NCBI GenBank assembly: GCA_947630955.1
Contig: CANRJK010000001.1
Span: forward strand, 1 to 40,339
Direction of reading: 5' to 3'
Length of the DNA: 40,339 nucleotides
From: an uncultured Bacilli bacterium
Lineage (GTDB): Bacteria > Bacillota_I > Bacilli_A > RF39 > UBA660
The notes under the pieces are model-generated. The model did not search any database. It had not been told where the DNA came from and saw only the letters and a program-made list of their open reading frames with translations. The position numbers and the translations under genes are program-made. Shown piece after piece: positions 8,279-15,477 of the stretch. Position 1 is the first letter of the stretch; each line of letters begins with the position of its first letter.

Positions 8279-9501
8279 TGACTTTATTTGAAGATTTAAA
8301 ATGGCGAGGATTGATTAAAGATATAAGTAGTCCTGAATTAGAGAAAAAATTAAATGAAGAGAAACTTACTTTTTATATTGGAACAGATCCAACAGCTGAT
8401 TCAATGCATATTGGACATTTTTCTTCATTCTTAATTGCTACTCGATTAGCCAAATATGGACATCATCCTATTTTATTAATTGGGGGCGCAACAGGACGTA
8501 TTGGAGATCCTAAACCTACTTCAGAACGTCAGATGATTACAGAAGAAGAGGTAGAAAAAAACGTTAAAGGATTAACGGAACAAGCAAAAAAAATCTTTGG
8601 TTTTGAAGTAGTAAATAATTATGATTGGACTAAAGATATAAGTATTTTAGATTTTTTACGTGATTATGGAAAATATATTAATGTTAATTATATGCTTGAT
8701 AAAGATATTATTAGCAGACGTTTAGATACAGGTATAACTTTTTGTGAATTTGCTTATACCTTACTTCAAGGAATGGACTTTGTTTATTTACATGAGAAAA
8801 AAGGTGTAACTTTACAAGTTGCTGGTTCTGATCAGTGGGGAAATATTACAACAGGAATTGAACTTGCTCGTAAAAAAAATGACATCGAACTTTTTGGTAT
8901 GACTATGCCACTTGTTTTAGATGCTAACGGTGTAAAATTTGGTAAAACAGAAGGAAATGCTTTATGGCTAGATAAAGAAAAAACATCTAGTTATGAACTA
9001 TATCAATATTTAATTAATTCAAGTGATGAATGTGTCATTGATTATTTAAAGAAACTAACTTTTTTAACTAAGGAAGAAATAGAGCAAATAGAGATTAAAC
9101 ATAATCAGAAACCAGAGGAACGTTTAGCTCAAAAAAAATTAGCTCATGAAGTCATAACTTTTTTACATGGTGAAGAAGAGTTTAATAAGGCTATTCGTAT
9201 TAGTGAAGCTTTATTTAGTGGTGATATTAGTAATTTAAGTTTGAAAGAAATAGAAGATGGACTAAAAGATGTTCCAAACTTTAAAGCTGTTGATAGTACA
9301 TTAATTGATTTACTAGTAAATAATAAAATTGCCTCTAGTAGAAGAGAAGCAAGAGAATTTTTAAATGCAGGCTCAATTACTTTAAATGGAAACAAAGTAA
9401 TGGATGAAAATATGTTAATAACTAAAGACTTAGCTATTGAACAAAAAGCTATCATTATTAGAAGAGGTAAGAAAAAATATTACATGGGTTTATTTGAATA
9501 A
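8278..9501 (+). CDS. tyrS: tyrosine--tRNA ligase
   Basis: HIGH motif (SMHIGHF), KMSKS-type KFGKT and a C-terminal S4 domain. The ATG overlaps the deoC stop (TAATG). Confidence 0.95.
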   Translation: MTLFEDLKWRGLIKDISSPELEKKLNEEKLTFYIGTDPTADSMHIGHFSSFLIATRLAKYGHHPILLIGGATGRIGDPKPTSERQMITEEEVEKNVKGLTEQAKKIFGFEVVNNYDWTKDISILDFLRDYGKYINVNYMLDKDIISRRLDTGITFCEFAYTLLQGMDFVYLHEKKGVTLQVAGSDQWGNITTGIELARKKNDIELFGMTMPLVLDANGVKFGKTEGNALWLDKEKTSSYELYQYLINSSDECVIDYLKKLTFLTKEEIEQIEIKHNQKPEERLAQKKLAHEVITFLHGEEEFNKAIRISEALFSGDISNLSLKEIEDGLKDVPNFKAVDSTLIDLLVNNKIASSRREAREFLNAGSITLNGNKVMDENMLITKDLAIEQKAIIIRRGKKKYYMGLFE

Positions 9502-9502
9502 A

Positions 9503-9529
9503 AAAAGAAACGGAAAATGTTTCTTTTTT
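9503..9529 (+). terminator. rho-independent terminator after tyrS
   Basis: AAAGAAAC / GTTTCTTT stem with loop GGAAAAT, followed by a T-run. Confidence 0.8.
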
Positions 9530-9711
9530 GTTCTTAAGTTATTTACTTTATAACACTATTTACTGATATAATAATACCATTTTACCCTTATAAAGTAAAG
9601 TGTTTTTTCTTAAATAAAAACGATAAAAAAGCAAAATGTATTATTACTATTTAGCTCATATACCTTTATTTTCCAACAAAGTAGTTGTCCTTAAGTAAAT
9701 AACTTAAGGAC
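9530..9711. repeat. 19-bp inverted repeats (18/19) flanking a 144-bp promoter-bearing segment
   Basis: Left GTTCTTAAGTTATTTACTT (9530-9548). The reverse complement of 9693-9711 is GTCCTTAAGTTATTTACTT. The right copy is also part of a perfect 10-bp hairpin (9687-9711) abutting the SD AGGTGA. TGATATAAT lies at 9564-9572 inside the segment. Confidence 0.7.
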
Positions 9712-10581
9712 AGGTGAATGGAATATGAAAAAGGTAAAAAATAAAAATATGATGGTATTATTAGTAATTGTTATAGTAACCTTAACGAGTAGTATAGGGT
9801 ATAGTGCGTTACAATCAAATTTAAAAGTAACAGCAGATTTAAATGTATTAAAAGACTATGTACCAGATGGGACACTATATGATATGATGCATCACATATC
9901 AGAAATGGATAATACAAGTAGCAAATATGTAAGTAGTCCTAGTGGCATAGAATTCTCACAGATATCATCAGATACCAATGGCAAGGGAGTGTATGAGTTA
10001 TACACAACAAAAGATGACAAATATCCTATTCATTATTACCGAGGCGAAGTAGATAACAATGTGATATTTGCAAACTTTTGTTGGAAGATAATTAGAACTA
10101 CGGAAACTGGGGGTATAAAACTAATTTACAATGGCGAACCAAGTGACGATGGCAAGTGTGATAATACGGGTGAAAATATGATGAAGCAAAATATGTAGGA
10201 TATAAATATGACAATGACGAAGTAGATAGTACCATAAAAACGAAAATAGAGTCATGGTATAAAACAAATATCGACGAAAAGAAAGACGCGAGTGGGAAAA
10301 GCTACACGACTTATCTAGAAGATACAATATTCTGTAATGATCGAAGCTCAAGAATATCAGAAAGTAATGTCTTCTATGGAGCCTATGATAGAAATTTTAT
10401 CAACAGGACTCCAAGTTTAGCTTGTAATGAAGAAGATAAGTTTACAGTAGCAAATAAAAAACTAGCGTATCCAGTAGGATTAATAACAAATGATGAAACA
10501 GTATATGCAGGAGGAGTATGGAATATAGACAACAGTACATATTATTTAAATACTGGAGAGTGGTACTGGACGATGTCACCT

Positions 10582-10665
10582 TCTCAGTTCTATGACGGCA
10601 TCGCTCGCGTGTGGGGCGTCTATTCGTCTGCTTACCTCAACATCAGTAGTGTCGTTTACGGCAGC
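10582..10665 (+). other. hypervariable patch 1 (DGR-VR-like), 28 codons
   Basis: Lies between conserved ATGTCACCT and TACGGCGTCCGCCCA. Hand count: 45/84 G+C and 13/84 A in an AT-rich gene, with many NNC codons. Confidence 0.6.
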
Positions 10666-11517
10666 TACGGCGTCCGCCCAGTAGTATCCTTAAAGCAAGG
10701 AACAAAATACTTAAGTGGAAATGGTAGCAAAGATACTCCATATTTAATAACACCAATAACTAAGTCATTATATAATGTAATAAAAACAAAATCAGTATTG
10801 GATAATATCAAAAGTAAATATGTAGAATCAGAAATAGGGATCGATTTTAGTAAGATTTCATCCGATACAAATGGCAAAGGAGTATATGAGTTACATACAA
10901 CAGCAAGTGATAAATATCCGGTTTATTATTATCGAGGAGCCGTAACAGATAATAATATAATATTTGCAAACTTCTGTTGGAAGATAATCAGAACGACAGA
11001 AACCGGGGGAATAAAATTAATATATAATGGCGAACCAAGTGATGATGGTAAGTGTGATAATACAGATGCAGCAACAGAAATAGGAACTTCAGCATATAAT
11101 GAAAATTATGATGAATCACAATATGTAGGATATAAATATGATAATGATGAAGTAGATAGTACCATAAAAATAAAAATAGATTCATGGTATAAAACGAATA
11201 TCGATGAAAAGAAAGACGCAAGTGGAAAAAGTTATACAACGTATATAGAAGATTTGAAATTTTGTAATGATAGAAGTATAACAAGTGCATCAGGAAGTAG
11301 TATATACTACGGAGCATATGGTAGGAACTATATAAGTAGAACTCCAAGTTTGGAATGTCCTCAAGACGAGGATAAATTTACCGTCGCAAATAAGAAATTA
11401 ACATATCCTGTCGGACTAATAACAACTGATGAAACAGCATACGCTGGGGGAGTATTTGGCATTGATAATAACACATACTATTTATATACAGGAAATTATT
11501 ACTGGACAATGTCACCT

Positions 11518-11601
11518 TGTTACTTCATTGGAATCCACTCTAGCGTGTGGCGTGTTAATTCCGATGGTGGGCTCAACTACTTCAACGTTAGCAACTCCAC
11601 C
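11518..11601 (+). other. hypervariable patch 2 (DGR-VR-like), 28 codons
   Basis: Same flanks (ATGTCACCT ... TACGGCGTTCGCCCA) and the same 84-nt length. Hand count: 40/84 G+C, 18/84 A. Only 45/84 nt are identical to patch 1. Confidence 0.6.
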
Positions 11602-11691
11602 TACGGCGTTCGCCCAGTCATCAATCTAATACCAAATACCCAAGTAACAGGCGTTGGTACTAGTGATAACCCGTATATCGTTCAGTAAACA

Positions 11692-11722
11692 AAAAAGGAT
11701 GAAATTTTTTATCATCCTTTTT
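11692..11722. terminator. bidirectional terminator between the convergent surface-protein gene and rpsD
   Basis: AAAAAGGATGA / TCATCCTTTTT, an 11-bp stem with A-run and T-run flanks. It overlaps the rpsD stop. Confidence 0.8.
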
Positions 11723-12323
11723 ATCTGTTGTAGAATTCGACAATTAATGATTCATTAATATCAGCATTTAGTTCACTTCTTTGTGGTAATCTTACATAAG
11801 TACCAGACATTTTCTTATCATCAAAGTTAACAAAGTCTGCTCTTTTTGCTAAAGAACTTAATGAATCTTTAACAATTTTTAATTCTTTATCAGATTCTTT
11901 TAATGCAATTACATCACCAGGTTTACAAGTATATGATGGAATATCAACTTTTCTACCATTTACTGTAATATGTCCATGGTTAACTAGTTGTCTAGCTCCT
12001 TTACGAGTTGTAGATAAACCTAAACGATAGGTAATGTTGTCTAGACGACTTTCAAGAAGAACTAGTAAATTTTCACCATGTACACCTTTCATTTTTCCAG
12101 CTTTTTCAAAAACTCTTTTGAATTGCTTTTCACTTAGACCATACATGAATCTAACTTTTTGTTTTTCTTGTAATTGAACACCATAATCAGATAATTTTTT
12201 ACCACGCTTATTCCCATGCTCACCAGGAATATAAGGCTTTTTAGCTAATTCTTTACCAGTTTCTAAAGTTGAAAAACCTAAACGACGTGATTTTTTGTAT
12301 CTTGATCCAGTATATCTTGACAT
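11721..12323 (-). CDS. rpsD: 30S ribosomal protein S4
   Basis: [16 protein letters not shown]... and an S4 domain ([31 protein letters not shown]). Start set at the MSRY ATG (12323), behind GGAGA. Confidence 0.95.
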   Translation of the reverse strand: MSRYTGSRYKKSRRLGFSTLETGKELAKKPYIPGEHGNKRGKKLSDYGVQLQEKQKVRFMYGLSEKQFKRVFEKAGKMKGVHGENLLVLLESRLDNITYRLGLSTTRKGARQLVNHGHITVNGRKVDIPSYTCKPGDVIALKESDKELKIVKDSLSSLAKRADFVNFDDKKMSGTYVRLPQRSELNADINESLIVEFYNR

Positions 12324-12473
12324 CTTCATTCTCCTTTCTTTTGATGAATGAAGCAATCTTCTAGGTATATAGGGTGTTTAACTTAAATATGTTCACCTTG
12401 CAGCTAGGTTACAAATAACCCCTATAGGTAATAAACACGTTATATATCTAAAGAGAGCCCTGCATACATCGCA
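12324..12473 (-). promoter_or_regulatory. long structured 5' UTR of rpsD (candidate S4 autoregulatory leader)
   Basis: About 150 nt between the predicted TSS and the ATG. Plus-strand helices: TATAGGG (12368-74) / CCCTATA (12422-28) and CTGC..GCAG near 12460-12475. Confidence 0.45.
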
Positions 12474-12479
12474 GTTACA

Positions 12480-12508
12480 ATTATATTATTTTATTGCTTT
12501 TATGTCAA
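12480..12508 (-). promoter_or_regulatory. consensus sigma-A promoter for rpsD
   Basis: On the minus strand: TTGACA (12508-12503), 17-nt spacer, TATAAT (12485-12480). Confidence 0.75.
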
Positions 12509-12570
12509 GCTAAATTGTGGGGCTTTGTAGTGAGTTAAATAAAAAACCATCGCTAAAAGTTAGATAATAG

Positions 12571-12599
12571 TCGAAAAATCACGTTTTTTATGTTATACT
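12571..12599 (+). promoter_or_regulatory. extended -10 promoter for ezrA
   Basis: TCGAAA, 17-nt spacer, TGtTATACT (12591-12599), followed by a short leader ATAGTAGGTGA. Confidence 0.55.
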
Positions 12600-12617
12600 T
12601 AAATAGTAGGTGATGCT

Positions 12618-14351
12618 ATGAATCCAACATTGATTATTGTGACGATTTTAATTGTATCGTTGATATTAACCTTTTTAGCAATCTTTTTTGTTCGTAGTTA
12701 TAAAACAAGACGTATTAAGAAAGCTTTAAGTCAGTTAGAAATTGAAAAGAATAAGATTGATTCTTCACCAATTATTCCAGAACTTGCTAAAGTAGAAGCT
12801 TACTTAAAAAATGAAAAAGTAGAGGCTATGTATGAACAGTGGAGTAATCGTCTAAAAAAAATTAAAGATGAACAGATTCCTATGTTAGCTGATATGATTT
12901 TGGAAACAGAATATTCTTTATCACAAAAAGATTACAAAACAACCATCTATAAGATAGCTAAGTTAGAAATGGAATTGTATAAAGTAAGAACTAATTCTGA
13001 ATTTTTATTGGGTGAAATAAAAGAGATAACTTCTAGTGAAGAACGTAGTCGTGTCGTTGTAACTGATTTTAAGGTTCGTTTTCGTGAATTACATCAAAAG
13101 TTTCAAGATAATAAAGCTGATTTTGGTAATATAGCTGGGGTTGTTAATAAACAATTTGAACTTATTTCTAAACAGTTTGAAAAGTATGAAACGATTATGG
13201 ATAATAATGATTATACTGAAGTAAATAATATTTTAAAGGATATCGATGATTTACTTAAACATATGGCTATTGTTATTGAGGAAGTTCCATCAATTGTCTT
13301 ATTAAGTACTAGTGTCATTCCTAAGAAAATAGCTGAGGTTGAGGATGTTTATAATAAAATGATCAAGGCTTCTTACCCACTTGATTATTTGAATGTTGAA
13401 TATAATATAGATGAGGCAAATAAAAAATTAAATGATATCATTATTAGAACTAGAAGTTTAAATCTTGAAGATAGTTTGTTTGAACTTAAAGTTTTACTAG
13501 ATTATTTTGAATCTTTATTTGGTGATTTTGATAAAGAAAAAGCAGCCCGAGCTAAGTATGCTGAAACAAATACTAATTTTAAAAAGAAATTAGATAAGAT
13601 AAATAGTATTGTTGAAGATATTTTTTCTCAATTAGAAGACCTTAAAAATGTTTATAATTTATCTGATGATAGTACTGAGGTATTGCGTGACATACGTAAA
13701 GATTTAAATTTAATTGACGAAGATTATGCAAGTCTTTTAGAACACATTATGCAAAATAGTTTTTCTTATTCCAAAATGCTTAAAGAATTAGAAACGCTAA
13801 CAAGTCGTTTAGCTAATTTAGAAGATCATCTTGATTCAACTCTTGATACTTTAGGCAATATGCGTGAAGATGAGGTTCGTGCGCGTCAGCAATTAGAAGA
13901 AATTAAGATTGTTTTAAAAGATGCTAAATTAAAAATTAGAGAGTATAATTTACCAGTTATTCCACAAAGTTATTATGTAGAGCTTAAAGAAGCTAGTAGC
14001 GCTATTCGTGAAATAATCAAGGAATTAGATAAAAAACCAATAACTATTAGTGTTTTAAATACGCGTGTTGATACGGCTCGTGATTTAGTTTTAAAGTTGT
14101 ATTCTAAAACTAAAGAGATATTAAAAACAGCAGCTTTTGCTGAGGCTGTTATCGTTTATGGTAATCGTTATCGTAGTAGCTATGATGGTTTAAGTAATAA
14201 ACTTAATTTAGCTGAACAATTGTTTTTTAAAGGCGAATATAAAAAGTCTTTAGAGTTAACGATTAATTTGTTAAATAAAATAGAACCAGGTATATATAAT
14301 CGTTTATTAAAAATGTATAAACCAGTTACTGAAGGTGATTTAAGTGAATAA
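12618..14351 (+). CDS. ezrA: septation ring formation regulator EzrA
   Basis: 577 aa with one N-terminal TM and a long coiled-coil body. Size, layout and EzrA-like sequence. Confidence 0.85.
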   Translation: MNPTLIIVTILIVSLILTFLAIFFVRSYKTRRIKKALSQLEIEKNKIDSSPIIPELAKVEAYLKNEKVEAMYEQWSNRLKKIKDEQIPMLADMILETEYSLSQKDYKTTIYKIAKLEMELYKVRTNSEFLLGEIKEITSSEERSRVVVTDFKVRFRELHQKFQDNKADFGNIAGVVNKQFELISKQFEKYETIMDNNDYTEVNNILKDIDDLLKHMAIVIEEVPSIVLLSTSVIPKKIAEVEDVYNKMIKASYPLDYLNVEYNIDEANKKLNDIIIRTRSLNLEDSLFELKVLLDYFESLFGDFDKEKAARAKYAETNTNFKKKLDKINSIVEDIFSQLEDLKNVYNLSDDSTEVLRDIRKDLNLIDEDYASLLEHIMQNSFSYSKMLKELETLTSRLANLEDHLDSTLDTLGNMREDEVRARQQLEEIKIVLKDAKLKIREYNLPVIPQSYYVELKEASSAIREIIKELDKKPITISVLNTRVDTARDLVLKLYSKTKEILKTAAFAEAVIVYGNRYRSSYDGLSNKLNLAEQLFFKGEYKKSLELTINLLNKIEPGIYNRLLKMYKPVTEGDLSE

Positions 14352-14517
14352 TAATTTAACTGAAGAAGAATATGTTGATACTGATTATGAGGAGATTGCA
14401 ATTGATGATAATGAAACAGATTTAATAACGAAACTTAATTCACCGATAAATATCTTTTTAATTATTTTAATTGTTATTGTCATAGTACTTATTGTATTAG
14501 CTTTAGCCTTTTTATAA
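14344..14517 (+). CDS. small (57 aa) tail-anchored membrane protein, GTG start overlapping the ezrA stop
   Basis: AAGGTGA (14332-38) lies 5 nt before GTG 14344. Acidic N-terminus (NNNLTEEEYVDTDYEEIAIDDNETD) and C-terminal TM (INIFLIILIVIVIVLIVLALAFL). Below the ORF-track size cut-off. Confidence 0.45.
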   Translation: MNNNLTEEEYVDTDYEEIAIDDNETDLITKLNSPINIFLIILIVIVIVLIVLALAFL

Positions 14518-14529
14518 AAGGCTTTTTTT
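14505..14529 (+). terminator. rho-independent terminator
   Basis: AGCCTTTT / AAAAGGCT stem followed by T7. Confidence 0.75.
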
Positions 14530-14546
14530 AATTTTTTGACTTCGAT

Positions 14547-14575
14547 TTGCCAAGATTGGAAATTTATGGTAGAAT
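14547..14575 (+). promoter_or_regulatory. sigma-A promoter for the NlpC/P60 gene
   Basis: TTGCCA (14547-52), 17-nt spacer, TGgTAGAAT (-10 at 14570-75). Confidence 0.6.
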
Positions 14576-14606
14576 AGATTTCGCTGTCTATTAAATGGAG
14601 GGATTT

Positions 14607-15431
14607 ATGATTTCGAAGCGGAAGAGAAATACAATATTAGTATATTGTATGGCATCAATGATAATGCTTTTAGCTTTTGTTTCAAATGTTACTGAGGTTA
14701 CAACACAACTAAAAACCAATTCCAAAAAGGTGGTAGCAAATAACAATTATGTTGAAACAGATGAACTTTCGTATGGTTTGGTAGCTATTGAAGCATCGTC
14801 ATGCATAGAAAAAACAGAAGATGCCAAAGATGTGACAGAACAAAAAGAACAAAAAGAGGTTAAAGAAGAAGAAAAAAAAGAGGAAAAGAAAGTGTCTTCA
14901 AAGAAGACATCTGAAAATAAAAAAAGTACTAGCAAACAAAAGACAGCAACAACAAAGAAAACAGTAACTAAAACAACAACTCAGAAGGCTAATAATACAA
15001 CAAAGAAAACGACAAGTAAGAAAAAAGTTAGTACTACAAAAACAACTACCAAGGTACCAAGCAATATAGAGCTAGGTAAGAAAATTGCTAGTTACGCTAA
15101 AAATTTTATTGGTAATCCATATAAAATGGGTGGAACTAGTTTAACTAATGGAACCGACTGTAGTGGATTTACAATGAGCGTATTTAAGCATTTTGGTATA
15201 AATATACCAAGAACAGCTTCATCACAAGCTAATGTTGGTGTAAAAGTTTCCTTTAATTCTTTACAACCTGGTGATTTAGTTTTCTATAGTAATGGTAGTA
15301 GTAGAATTAGTCATGTCGCTATTTATATAGGTAATGGTAAAATTGTTCATGCCAGAACACCAAAAGAAGGAATTGGTATAAATAGTGTTAATATCATGAT
15401 TAAAGTGACAGCTCGTCGTGTTGTCAAATAA
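14607..15431 (+). CDS. secreted NlpC/P60 peptidoglycan endopeptidase with Lys/Thr-rich linker
   Basis: C-terminal GNPYKMGGTSLTNGTDCSGF...GDLVFY...SHVAIYIGNGKIVHA (catalytic Cys/His). N-terminal TM. Start set at ATG 14607, behind GGAGGG. Confidence 0.85.
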   Translation: MISKRKRNTILVYCMASMIMLLAFVSNVTEVTTQLKTNSKKVVANNNYVETDELSYGLVAIEASSCIEKTEDAKDVTEQKEQKEVKEEEKKEEKKVSSKKTSENKKSTSKQKTATTKKTVTKTTTQKANNTTKKTTSKKKVSTTKTTTKVPSNIELGKKIASYAKNFIGNPYKMGGTSLTNGTDCSGFTMSVFKHFGINIPRTASSQANVGVKVSFNSLQPGDLVFYSNGSSRISHVAIYIGNGKIVHARTPKEGIGINSVNIMIKVTARRVVK

Positions 15432-15455
15432 AAGTAGATTATCTACTTTTTTTTT
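15431..15455 (+). terminator. rho-independent terminator
   Basis: AAAGTAG / CTACTTT stem followed by a T-run. Confidence 0.7.
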
Positions 15456-15477
15456 GATATAATCTTAGTAAGGTGAA

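Larger units (their letters stand above)
9725..11688 (+). pseudogene. signal-anchored surface protein with two tandem ~300-aa units, interrupted by a 1-nt frameshift
   Basis: Frame 2 (9725..10198) carries the signal anchor MMVLLVIVIVTLTSSIGYSA. Frame 1 is open from 10174 to 11688 and continues the homologous sequence (YVGYKYDNDEVDSTIK in both units). Unit 1 lacks one T at about 10177/10178 (GAAAAT-ATGATGAA vs GAAAATTATGATGAA in unit 2) and also 33 in-frame nt. Confidence 0.75.
9921..11688 (+). repeat. tandem duplication, two ~0.9-kb units (about 9921-10812 and 10813-11688)
   Basis: By-eye alignment: the units look roughly 80-90 percent identical at nucleotide level (estimated by eye, not counted). 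Shared stretch example: FANFCWKIIRTTETGGIKLIYNGEPSDDGKCDNT. The exception is the 84-nt patches listed separately. Confidence 0.85.

Noticed and set aside
10988-11347. His/Tyr/Leu-rich 119-aa antisense ORF, with similar ones at 10121..10351, 10665..10877 and 11429..11629
   Set aside because: All lie inside or antisense to the duplicated surface-protein gene. They have no RBS and a biased composition that mirrors the sense-strand codons.
9502-11720. A DGR template repeat or reverse transcriptase inside this window
   Set aside because: I looked for a third copy of ATGTCACCT...TACGGCGTYCGCCCA and for YxDD-type RT ORFs on both strands and found none. Patch 2 cannot be the template of patch 1, because several mismatches occur where patch 2 has G, T or C. 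Any DGR machinery must therefore be remote, and the claim stays a hypothesis.
14518-14606. Possible riboswitch upstream of the NlpC/P60 hydrolase (such genes often carry c-di-AMP riboswitches)
   Set aside because: The promoter at 14547-75 leaves a leader of only about 25 nt, too short for a riboswitch.
14860-15060. Lys/Thr-rich low-complexity coding run in the NlpC/P60 gene
   Set aside because: This is an ordinary disordered linker between the membrane anchor and the catalytic domain. No nucleotide-level tandem repeat is present.
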